A stretch of DNA of 64,000 nt from a virus. Its lineage: Duplodnaviria > Caudoviricetes. Numbering within the stretch: position 1 is the stretch's first letter; every line of letters starts with the position of its first letter. The position numbers and the translations under genes were made by a program. Of the stretch, positions 1-9,131 are shown one piece after another. Under the pieces are notes generated by a model, which made no database searches, was not told where the DNA came from, and worked only from the letters and a program-made list of their open reading frames with translations. The DNA lies in the IMG/VR virus record IMGVR_UViG_3300044614_001923; one strand, written 5' to 3'.

Positions 1-261
1 CAACCATAAAGTTCCATCAGTTTTAATTGCAGCAGAATGCCCCAATCCACCATCAACTTGTTTCCAATTAGTTCCTCCAGCGAGAGTAGTAACTGGAGTT
101 GATTTTGTTACGACAATATTATTAATTCCAAGTTGTCCATATAAATTATATCCCCAAGTCCAAAGTTGATCACCAATCCATTGGTCTACTAACCAGGATT
201 CGGTAATGTAAGTTTGGTTTTCTAAGTCTCCTTCTGGAGTTCTAAAGTTGTTCGTGGGCAT
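1..261 (-). CDS. RCC1/BLIP-II repeat (beta-propeller) protein, 5' part only; runs off the window start
   Basis: Not in the ORF track; translated by hand from ATG at 261: MPTNNFRTPEGDLENQTYITESWLVDQWIGDQLWTWGYNLYGQLGINN...NWKQVDGGLGHSAAIKTDGTLWL. WGYNxYGQLG and HSAAIKTDGTLW are RCC1-repeat motifs. Overlaps the upstream gene by 20 nt. Confidence 0.85.
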   Translation of the reverse strand, partial: MPTNNFRTPEGDLENQTYITESWLVDQWIGDQLWTWGYNLYGQLGINNIVVTKSTPVTTLAGGTNWKQVDGGLGHSAAIKTDGTLWL

Positions 262-2257
262 CTAGACGCGCCTCCAGATCATCAATTCTCTTCTGCTGAT
301 CTTTAATCGCCTCTATCAGAACACCAATCAGCATATCATAGCAAACTGATTTCATTCCTTCTGGGTCTGTCTTAACTGCTTCTGGTAGAACCTTTTCTAC
401 ATCTTGTGCAATTACACCAACCGAAGGATCTCCACCATCTTTCCAATTAAATCTTACACCTTTAACTTCATTTAAGATCACAAATGGATCATCAATTCTT
501 TCAATATTCGCTTTGAGTCTTTCATCGGAGGTTGAAGTAAATGTATTTGCATACATTATACCTGAAGTATCAAGTCTTGCTGTAATAGGTTGCTCAGTTC
601 CTAATGTTCCAATACCAGTTCTGAATAAAAGTTCTCCTGGATAAGTTGATGACGCTCCACCAACAAAATCAATTTGACCACCTCTTTGTGAAGAGGAAGT
701 CATTCCTCCAGCAAAGATTGATAATCTTCCTCCATTACTTCCCGAAAAAATTGTCGTTGGTATATCAGTATTATTAGAAGTTACTAAAAGATGCCCAACA
801 CCACCAGAATTACTTACTCCTCCAATAAAATTAACTCTTGCAACGTTCGCTAAAGTAATTCCCAATCCAACATTAACATATCCACCAAAGTAAGCGTTAC
901 TATTTCCAAAATCTACTTGTGTAGAACCATTAATAATGGTGGTATTAAATCCTACATTTCCATTAAAGTAAGAATTCCCTTGAACATGAAACTTTTCAAC
1001 TGGATTTGTGGTTCCTATACCCAGATTGCCAGAAACATAAGCACCACCACCAACTTGAAGATATTGATTTGCAGTTCCAGTTCCCTGTGTAGTTCCAATA
1101 CCAACAAATACTGTTGTAGCATTTGTTAAGTTTCTGGTTTGAAGATAAATTGGTCTGGACTGTCCTGTTTTTGCAACATTAATATAACCAGCATCAATAT
1201 TATCATCATATCCCATCCACATAGTTCTTCCAGTATTTCCAGAAGAAAGCGCAAATGCGTGTGCTCCAGATTCACCAGCAGTAGAAGGATTTGTTCCTGA
1301 TTGTGTTACAAAAAGTCTAGATGTTGGATTTGTGGTTCCTATACCAAGATTATTACTTACATAAGCACCACCAGTAACTTGAAGTGTTTGTGATGCGGTT
1401 CCAGTTGAAGTTCCAGAACCAATCAAAATTGGTCCATTTGTAAATGTTGAAATTCCTGCAGATCTTAATAGAGTAACATCTACAGTTCCGTTTACTGCAG
1501 TTGAAACTCCAGATGTAGTTGAATATGTTGTTTGTGTAGCAAATCCAGCAGTTACTGCGTAAGTTGCTGATGTTGCTGATGTTGCTGATGTAGAAAGACC
1601 TGCAACAGTCGCATAACTGGATGTTGTAGAGAATCCAGTTGATGCTGCATAAGAAACACTACCAACTAATGTTGTTGCTGTTAAAATACCAGTAACAATT
1701 GCACCACCAGCAGTTGTTTGAAATTTCTTTACATTATCATGATAAAGTTCTACTGAACCATTTCCATTAAAAATTGCTGAGTTTTCTCCGCTAGGTGTTA
1801 TAATATTAACGCTAGTATTACTGATTAAATATAAATTTGCAGCAGCATTTGTAATATAACTATTATTATTTGCTCCGTTATGGAAAATTTGAAGATCATT
1901 TCCATCACCAAAGTATAAAGTATCATTATCACCAAAATAAGCGTGATTTTGGAAGGTTGAAACGCCAACTACCCTTAAATTTTGTGCAGTGGCAATACCA
2001 GTGACATTTACATTAACTGATGTGATTATTCCAGTAGCATTTAAATTCCGTAATGTATTAGTATTTGAAGAAACAATAGATTGTGCTGTTAAAATACCAG
2101 TAACATTAACATTACCAACAACTTCAACTTTTGCATTTGGAATAGTAGTTCCAATACCAATATTTTGTCCCTCTTGACTTTTAATATTGATATGTTTACT
2201 GGTATCTAATACCTCAATAAGATTTGCTATTTGCGATAACTCTCTATTATTAGTCAT
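242..2257 (-). CDS. Tail fibre protein with C-terminal intramolecular chaperone (Peptidase_S74-type)
   Basis: GIGTT shaft motifs; C-terminus TSDERLKANIERI...GVRFNWK...VGVIAQDVEKVLPEAV followed by a coiled coil. Confidence 0.9.
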   Translation of the reverse strand: MTNNRELSQIANLIEVLDTSKHINIKSQEGQNIGIGTTIPNAKVEVVGNVNVTGILTAQSIVSSNTNTLRNLNATGIITSVNVNVTGIATAQNLRVVGVSTFQNHAYFGDNDTLYFGDGNDLQIFHNGANNNSYITNAAANLYLISNTSVNIITPSGENSAIFNGNGSVELYHDNVKKFQTTAGGAIVTGILTATTLVGSVSYAASTGFSTTSSYATVAGLSTSATSATSATYAVTAGFATQTTYSTTSGVSTAVNGTVDVTLLRSAGISTFTNGPILIGSGTSTGTASQTLQVTGGAYVSNNLGIGTTNPTSRLFVTQSGTNPSTAGESGAHAFALSSGNTGRTMWMGYDDNIDAGYINVAKTGQSRPIYLQTRNLTNATTVFVGIGTTQGTGTANQYLQVGGGAYVSGNLGIGTTNPVEKFHVQGNSYFNGNVGFNTTIINGSTQVDFGNSNAYFGGYVNVGLGITLANVARVNFIGGVSNSGGVGHLLVTSNNTDIPTTIFSGSNGGRLSIFAGGMTSSSQRGGQIDFVGGASSTYPGELLFRTGIGTLGTEQPITARLDTSGIMYANTFTSTSDERLKANIERIDDPFVILNEVKGVRFNWKDGGDPSVGVIAQDVEKVLPEAVKTDPEGMKSVCYDMLIGVLIEAIKDQQKRIDDLEARLDAHEQL

Positions 2258-2299
2258 TCTGCTGAGGGTTTCTTATAGATTTATTTATTAGATGGTAAA

Positions 2300-3355
2300 T
2301 TAACTTAAACGTGCAGTGACAAATGAGGTTACTTGATCTGTCAACTTATTTGTTGTTGCTCCTAAAGATAAAGCATTTGCATCTGGATTGATTGCGATAG
2401 GTGGATCATTTACATCACCAAGATAGAAATTTAAATCTTCATGAGCATATATTTCTGCAGTTGCAACATCAGTACTATTCAAATATAGAGCAAATGTAGA
2501 ATTAGATTTAATTTCAGATGGAAGTGCATCGTAAAATGTTCTTGCGCGTTCAAATCTATCTGTTGCTCCTCTAGTGACAACCAAAAAAGGACAAAATGCC
2601 GAAGAAGCACTTCTAAAGGGAGATGCTGCTTGATAAAAAATCAAACAATTTTGTCTTCCTGTTGTTGAATTTGGATAATCTGTAGTATATGTTGTTCCTC
2701 CAATTGGTATTGGTGGAATTGCAAAAGCGTTTGCATATACAATTTGAGATTTAATATTAGATCCACCTACATCAGTGTTAGTATCCCGAATAATTGTTTC
2801 AATATCATATCCATCAGTATCTAAAGAAATGCATCCTTTAATAGCAGATCTCAAAGCATTTCTCTGTGCAGTTGTAGTATATGCACTATTAATATAAGTT
2901 GTATTTGTGCATAATAGTGAAACTAAATGTGCTCCAGCACTATGCCCAGCAGCAACAATTTTGTTTGGATTTCCTCCAAAACGATTAACATTTTCAAAAG
3001 TCCACCTCAAAGCAGTAACCACATCATTTATATGATTTGGATGACGTACTCTATTTGTCGCCCAAGTTCCAATATTTGTAGATGGTATTGGGCTTAATCT
3101 ATAATTTACCGTTACAAAAATATAACCCAAAGAATTGAAAAATCTCGCTTTAGAATATGTTGATGATCCTTTATCACCAACTGTCCATGCTCCACCATGA
3201 ACCCAGAAAATGACAGGTCTATTTCCATAAATTCCTTCATTTAGATGATATACATCTAGATTTAATAAATTTTGAGTAACTCCAGAAATAGTATTATGAG
3301 ATATATTTAATATCGGAGAATTATCCTCAGATAAAAACAATCCTTGAATTGACAT
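2300..3355 (-). CDS. Alpha/beta hydrolase (HSL-family carboxylesterase/acetylesterase)
   Basis: HGGAW oxyanion motif, VNYRLSP, FGGNPNKI, nucleophile elbow GHSAG, C-terminal His (YAHED); TAATG coupling to the upstream fibre gene. Confidence 0.9.
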   Translation of the reverse strand: MSIQGLFLSEDNSPILNISHNTISGVTQNLLNLDVYHLNEGIYGNRPVIFWVHGGAWTVGDKGSSTYSKARFFNSLGYIFVTVNYRLSPIPSTNIGTWATNRVRHPNHINDVVTALRWTFENVNRFGGNPNKIVAAGHSAGAHLVSLLCTNTTYINSAYTTTAQRNALRSAIKGCISLDTDGYDIETIIRDTNTDVGGSNIKSQIVYANAFAIPPIPIGGTTYTTDYPNSTTGRQNCLIFYQAASPFRSASSAFCPFLVVTRGATDRFERARTFYDALPSEIKSNSTFALYLNSTDVATAEIYAHEDLNFYLGDVNDPPIAINPDANALSLGATTNKLTDQVTSFVTARLS

Positions 3356-5859
3356 TAGGTAACTCCCGCACCAGTAAGAGCAAAACTATTCGTCCCAACG
3401 CATAAAATAGTTGCCAGAGCATATGAATTTAATCCTCTTGGTCCTGTATCGCCAATAGCAGCTCTTCTTAAGGTTACGCCAGCAGATGGAGTTAGCATTT
3501 GAACAGAAGCACTATTGTTGTATATGGTTACAATATCTCCTGTTGCAAATATGCCCTGAGGAATTGTGACTCCTCCAGTGCTAATTGCAACATGTTTTCC
3601 AACATCTGATTTTACAAGAACATAAGCAGATGCACGAGCATTCTGAGGTAATGTTCTAAGATCTCCCTTAGAATCTGCAAGAGTTGCTGCAGTCACAATT
3701 CCTGAGAATTGTGCATCTCCACTGTTATAAATGACAGTTTGTGGAGATGCAACAGTTGGACCAACTTCAATCTTTCCAGTATTGAATTGATTTGACTGAT
3801 AATCAACATACCATCTGTTTGTTCCACTTGTTCTTAGGTAGATACCTCCAGAAACTCCAGTGTTGTTTGAAACAATCTGACCATTTGATGGATCAATTAA
3901 TGTGCCAGCAGTTGATCCCAGTCCAAGACCAACTTCTCCAACTCTAACCACATCATAAAAAGTTGAAATTCCTATAATACTTAGGGATCCGCCAACAGAT
4001 AATCTTGCTGCTGGAGTTGTTGTTCCTACTCCAACAAATCCATTATTAGTTGTTCTTATAATAGTCCCTGCTGCTCCAACATTTAAAGTTGTCGCAGTTG
4101 CAATTCCTGCGGAAAGATTTGTTGTAGATGTGTGAGTTGCAGTTAAAGAAGTAGTAGTTGAGAAAGAACTTGTAAAATCAGTGCTAGTGAAACTAGTAAT
4201 GATACCAGAAGACGCTGTTAATGAAGTAACTATTCCAGTCGCAATATTTAATGTTGTAATAGTTCCTACACCAGAAACTGATAAGTTAGTAAATTCACCT
4301 CTTCCACTTACAGTAAGTTCTGATGTTGCATTTGTAGTACCAATTCCAACCTTAGAAGTTGTATTAATTCCTGTTGCTGTTGGATTCCAATATAAAGGTT
4401 CTGATAGTAGCGCATTAACTATAACTTGACCGTATGAGGTGCTGATAGAAACATTAGTACCTGCTACGAGTGTTGTTACGATACCAGTGATACTTGATCC
4501 TTCACCTCTAAATGAAGTTGCTGTCAAAGCGCCACTAACATAAGCATTTCCACTTACTGTAAGTGTAGCTACTGGAATATTTGTACCGACACTTACAGAT
4601 GATGTAGTATGAATGCCAGTTGATGTTGGATACCACTTAGATGGATATGCCCATGAAAGATTTCCATCTCCATCCGATGTTAAAGCATCATATTGAGATC
4701 CATTATTAGTTGGTAAACGTAAAGTATAGTTATCAGATCCATCTGGAGCAAGTAGAGAAATTACATGTGGATCTTCACCAGCATAGTATGAGTAAAAATT
4801 AATCTTGGTACTTTCATTTGATTGATTCAAATGCAAATTAATACTAGTGGTATTAATTCCAATATAAGTATATCCAAGTCCTACGCTAATTCTTCCCGAA
4901 GTTGTAACTCCAATAACTTTAAGACCACCATCTACATGCAACTTTTCTTCAGCTGCATTTGTACCTATGCCGACATAAAAAGAATTGTTTCCATACAACC
5001 AAGCAGTGTTTCCAGCACCAATCACAAGTTGATGTGATCCTTCTAAAATAGGAGGAGTTTTAAGAACAGAATCTGGATTAACGTCAAATACATCACCATC
5101 TGCTCCAGTTGGTCCGATCATAACATTATATGATCCAGTTAATCCAGGATTAGATGGATTATATCCTACTCCATTTCCAATGAATATATTATTATTAGAG
5201 TCTGCATATGAGTTACCAGCATATGCTCCTACAAAAACATTATCACTGGAACCTAGATTTGTAAAACTTGATCCAGTCTCTTCTCCTATGAATACGTTTC
5301 TTCTTGCAGTACTGTCTAAAGAAAATCCAGATCTCTTACCAAAAATTATATTTCCCTTATTGCCTCTATATCCTAATGTTAAACCAGTATTAATATTTTC
5401 TCCACCTATTGTAATATAACCACGATAATCATAATCACTATCAGCCGCAGTGGTGAATGTCACCATTCCTGTATTGTTTATACCTCCATTAACATAAAGA
5501 GCAGTGCCACCATATCCAATTGTGCCAACTTCTAATTTAAATCTTGGATTGGTTGTTCCTATACCAACATCAGATAATCTATAGATTCCAGATTCAACTT
5601 CAGTCCAAATTGCATTTACATCTACGGTAACTCTATTTGAGGTATATGCAACTCCTAGATAATTTCCAAAATTTATTGATGTTATTCCAGTTCCAACAAC
5701 AGTGCCATTATCTTCTACTGTTAGTGGCACTGTATTTTGTACCAAAATTACAGAAGAACTAAAACCAACCCACTGAACTCCATTCCAGATAAAAGAAGAA
5801 CCATCTGGGGTAGTATAAACTTCATCTAGTGCTGGAGAATTTGGAAAATTTAGTGCCAC
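3355..5859 (-). CDS. Tail fibre protein (GTG start)
   Basis: N-terminal MALNFPNSP..W.WNG.QW anchor; NxFxGxxAG repeat segment; several WxxTxTGIxTTxxVGIGTTN modules. Confidence 0.85.
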   Translation of the reverse strand: MALNFPNSPALDEVYTTPDGSSFIWNGVQWVGFSSSVILVQNTVPLTVEDNGTVVGTGITSINFGNYLGVAYTSNRVTVDVNAIWTEVESGIYRLSDVGIGTTNPRFKLEVGTIGYGGTALYVNGGINNTGMVTFTTAADSDYDYRGYITIGGENINTGLTLGYRGNKGNIIFGKRSGFSLDSTARRNVFIGEETGSSFTNLGSSDNVFVGAYAGNSYADSNNNIFIGNGVGYNPSNPGLTGSYNVMIGPTGADGDVFDVNPDSVLKTPPILEGSHQLVIGAGNTAWLYGNNSFYVGIGTNAAEEKLHVDGGLKVIGVTTSGRISVGLGYTYIGINTTSINLHLNQSNESTKINFYSYYAGEDPHVISLLAPDGSDNYTLRLPTNNGSQYDALTSDGDGNLSWAYPSKWYPTSTGIHTTSSVSVGTNIPVATLTVSGNAYVSGALTATSFRGEGSSITGIVTTLVAGTNVSISTSYGQVIVNALLSEPLYWNPTATGINTTSKVGIGTTNATSELTVSGRGEFTNLSVSGVGTITTLNIATGIVTSLTASSGIITSFTSTDFTSSFSTTTSLTATHTSTTNLSAGIATATTLNVGAAGTIIRTTNNGFVGVGTTTPAARLSVGGSLSIIGISTFYDVVRVGEVGLGLGSTAGTLIDPSNGQIVSNNTGVSGGIYLRTSGTNRWYVDYQSNQFNTGKIEVGPTVASPQTVIYNSGDAQFSGIVTAATLADSKGDLRTLPQNARASAYVLVKSDVGKHVAISTGGVTIPQGIFATGDIVTIYNNSASVQMLTPSAGVTLRRAAIGDTGPRGLNSYALATILCVGTNSFALTGAGVT

Positions 5860-5893
5860 TTTATTCGCCCTTTATTAGTTATTTATTGAAAGA

Positions 5894-8677
5894 TTAGACC
5901 GCAACAGTACTTAAATTACCAGAGTCATTGACAATGAGACGATATTGAGTTCCTCCTGGAGAAGTGAGAATTATTCCAGTTGAGGTATTAACACCAACTT
6001 TAACGTCACCAATAACAGTAAGAGCACTTGTCGCATTTGTGGTTCCAATACCAACATTTGCTGTTGTGCCAATTCCAGTTGCTGAAGGTTCCCAGTAATT
6101 CGTAATACTAATAGTAGCAATTCCTGAAGTTACAAGAACATCGGCATTACCCTCAAAGTTAATTGTTGTCGCTGTTCCTACTGGAAATTTACTTTGCTGA
6201 AGACTTACTCCTCCAGTAACTCCAGTTAAACCAGAACCATCTCCATAGAATGTGGATGCTTTTACATTACCAACAACATCAAGAGTTACTGTTGGCTGAG
6301 TAGAACCAATACCAATAGATCCATTAACTGTGGATGTAAGTATTGTCCCTCCTGTTCCAACATTAATAACATTGTTAAATGTAGAAATTCCTGAAACTCT
6401 TAACTGAGTTACTGAGGATATTCCTCCAACAACTGAGGTTGCTATTCCAGAAGTTGCAGCATAAGTTGCTTGTGTTGCGATTCCAGCAGTTCCTGCATAA
6501 GTAGCAATTCCAGCGGTTCCTGCATAAGTAGCAATACCAGCAGTTGTTGAATAGGTAGCAATACCAGCAGTTCCTGCATAAGTAGCAATTCCAGCAGTTG
6601 TTGAATAGGTAGCAATACCAGCGGTTACTGAATAAGTTGCTTGAGTTGCTATTCCTGCAGTTGTTGCGTAAGTTGCAATGCCTGCTATACTAGTGTATAT
6701 AACATTAATATCAGTATTAATTCCAATTGTAGCAATACCTGCAATAGAAGTACTAATACTTACATTTCCAGTGAAATTAATATTTGAAATTGCTTGAGTA
6801 AGTGGAACACCATTGTTTGAAACAGTAACAGTGTTTGATTGAACTCCACCATTTGGAGAAAAATCTACCCACTGTGAACTATCATCATCAACATAATATA
6901 TAAATCCTCTTCCTAGCATTGAAGAGTACCAAAGATCTCCGCTAAATGGTGAAGATGGTGCAGTATCTGAAATTGATACGTTGGAACCTCCACCACCGCC
7001 ACCTCCTCCAGATGCATTAATAACAACTCTTCCAGTTGATCCACTAATAGTAATATTAGTTCCAGCAATAATAGAGGTTACAATACCAGAAAGCGCATTT
7101 CCACTTCCAGTATAGACTGGAGAATAGATACTATTTGCTGCTGTTATTATACCAGCAGAAACTGTTGTTGCAGTAACTACACCAGTGATTGCCGCATTTG
7201 GAACAGATAGTAATCCATAAGAAAGTCTTTGTTCACCATTAATTTGATATGATCTATTAGACGAAAGACCAATATTTACATTAGATGTCCAAGCATTATT
7301 AGTATAATCCCATAAGAATTGTTTATTTGTATCACCATAGAGAATTATTCCTCCACCATCTGCTCCAATATCATTTGGAGTTGAAGTAGTTCCGAGACCT
7401 ACGATTTTATCGGTAACTTGTAGGTTTACAGAACTAGTTTCTGTTCTGGTTCCATCTACATATAAATTACCAAGAATTCTTACTGCAGTTCCACCGACTG
7501 AAATAAGCCCTGGAGCATTGATTAAAGAACTGTCAATAACAATATTACCAGCACCAATTCCTCCAGATGCTGTTAAACTTCCACCAATACTTATATTTGA
7601 AGTTGCTTCAATTCCACCACGAACATATAATTGAGTTGTAGTATCTCCAAATGATCCAACTTCGAGTTGATACTGTGGATTTGTAGTTCCTATTCCAACA
7701 TTTGCAGTTGTTCCAATTCCTACTGATGGAGTATTAATCCACCCAGTATCAAGTGCCGCTGCTGTGATATTCGTTAATCCAGAACCATCGCCAATAAATT
7801 GATTAGCAGTTACTACTCCAGTTGCACTAATTCCCCCATTAACATATAGAGAAATTTGTGTAGATGAAGTTCCAACTGTTGCAATACCAAGCGTAGTGAA
7901 TCCAGAAATTGATGCGTTTCCAACTACTGTTAATCTATTGGGAGAATTAGTAGTTCCTATTCCAATATTAGAAGTTGTGTGGATTCCAGTTGCGGTTTGT
8001 TGCCAATAAGATTCTCCACCTCCTCCACCAGCACTATAGACAGTTACTCCATATCCAGTAGTTGTAACTCCTACCGTTGGTCCGACAAAATTAATAGAGG
8101 TTACAAGTCCAGCAATACCTTTTAAAGTATTATTTTCATATACTGTAATTCCACCAATAGTTGCTCCACCAGTTGAAGTTCCTACTGTATCGGAAGTATA
8201 TCCAATAATTTCAACAATGTCATCTACAAATGCAGGATCGTTTAATCTTACCTTTACTCCAGGAATATATGTGTAACTATTCTCCGTTAATTTTACACCA
8301 TTAACGTATACATCAATGAAAGCAGCAACTGATGTGTAATCAAAATCAATTTGATCTTCAGTTGCTGTATAAACAACAGAGGTTCTTAGGTCTGGAAGAG
8401 ATGCCCACTCTATTCCACCAGTACCAGTTGCTCTTAAATATTGATATGCTTGACCAGAAGTGTTGGCAATACTAACAGATCCTGTAAGAACAAGAGAATT
8501 GATAGTTGTGACGCCACTTACACTTATGTGTGTTGCTGCAATGCCACCATTGACATGCAACAAATGAGTTGGAAGACTTGTGCCAATTCCAACTCTATTA
8601 GTATCTGCGTTTGCAAGAATGAGACTTGTATCTACCTCAAGACCATTCTTTACGACGAAATTCTTATTTACGCCCAT
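5894..8677 (-). CDS. Tail fibre protein
   Basis: MGVNKNFVVKNGLEV N-terminus; DVYVNGVKL Ig-like domain; GDLWY..W module; VGIGTTN shaft motifs. Confidence 0.85.
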   Translation of the reverse strand: MGVNKNFVVKNGLEVDTSLILANADTNRVGIGTSLPTHLLHVNGGIAATHISVSGVTTINSLVLTGSVSIANTSGQAYQYLRATGTGGIEWASLPDLRTSVVYTATEDQIDFDYTSVAAFIDVYVNGVKLTENSYTYIPGVKVRLNDPAFVDDIVEIIGYTSDTVGTSTGGATIGGITVYENNTLKGIAGLVTSINFVGPTVGVTTTGYGVTVYSAGGGGGESYWQQTATGIHTTSNIGIGTTNSPNRLTVVGNASISGFTTLGIATVGTSSTQISLYVNGGISATGVVTANQFIGDGSGLTNITAAALDTGWINTPSVGIGTTANVGIGTTNPQYQLEVGSFGDTTTQLYVRGGIEATSNISIGGSLTASGGIGAGNIVIDSSLINAPGLISVGGTAVRILGNLYVDGTRTETSSVNLQVTDKIVGLGTTSTPNDIGADGGGIILYGDTNKQFLWDYTNNAWTSNVNIGLSSNRSYQINGEQRLSYGLLSVPNAAITGVVTATTVSAGIITAANSIYSPVYTGSGNALSGIVTSIIAGTNITISGSTGRVVINASGGGGGGGGSNVSISDTAPSSPFSGDLWYSSMLGRGFIYYVDDDSSQWVDFSPNGGVQSNTVTVSNNGVPLTQAISNINFTGNVSISTSIAGIATIGINTDINVIYTSIAGIATYATTAGIATQATYSVTAGIATYSTTAGIATYAGTAGIATYSTTAGIATYAGTAGIATYAGTAGIATQATYAATSGIATSVVGGISSVTQLRVSGISTFNNVINVGTGGTILTSTVNGSIGIGSTQPTVTLDVVGNVKASTFYGDGSGLTGVTGGVSLQQSKFPVGTATTINFEGNADVLVTSGIATISITNYWEPSATGIGTTANVGIGTTNATSALTVIGDVKVGVNTSTGIILTSPGGTQYRLIVNDSGNLSTVAV
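6438..6686 (-). repeat. In-frame ~27-nt repeats encoding AGIATY(A/S)(T/G)T
   Basis: AGIAT occurs 8 times plus one SGIAT in the 927-aa protein. Confidence 0.9.
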
Positions 8678-8720
8678 TGATACTCCTGAGGTTCACTGTC
8701 CCCTCGTAACTTCTTATTAT

Positions 8721-9095
8721 TTATGCAGTTGGAGGTTCTGGAAAAACTACTTCTTCAGGTGAAGAAAAAGTAGTTGTAATATCTCTCAATTCTTGACGAT
8801 ATGTTTTCCATGATGTTGGAATGTTAGTTCCACATTCTTTTGCTTTTAATACAACCCAGTCGCAATTTGTAAGAAGTTGATCTCTCTCTTTTCTAACTTC
8901 TGCCCATGCAAGATCTAAATCTTCAACTGGAGCAACAAATTCGCCATTAATATATGACCACCCCATTCCAACACCCGCAACTGTTGATGTTTCAACATCG
9001 ACCCAGTTTGGATAATTCTTTGCATGTGATGGTTCAGCAGCTGTCATATTGACAACTACTTCGTTTTCTACAATTGCATAAATTTTGATTGCCAT
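8721..9095 (-). CDS. Tail fibre assembly chaperone-like protein
   Basis: AWAEVRKERDQLLTNCDW...WKTYRQELRDIT...FPEPP motif; lies directly downstream of a Gly-rich fibre gene. Confidence 0.85.
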   Translation of the reverse strand: MAIKIYAIVENEVVVNMTAAEPSHAKNYPNWVDVETSTVAGVGMGWSYINGEFVAPVEDLDLAWAEVRKERDQLLTNCDWVVLKAKECGTNIPTSWKTYRQELRDITTTFSSPEEVVFPEPPTA

Positions 9096-9131
9096 TTTTT
9101 TAATGCTCCTTTTTAGATTTATATAAAATTA

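Noticed and set aside
8680-8712. Short GAGG..CCTC stem in the leader of the 927-aa fibre gene
   Set aside because: Only 4 bp and does not cover the AGGAG SD; within chance
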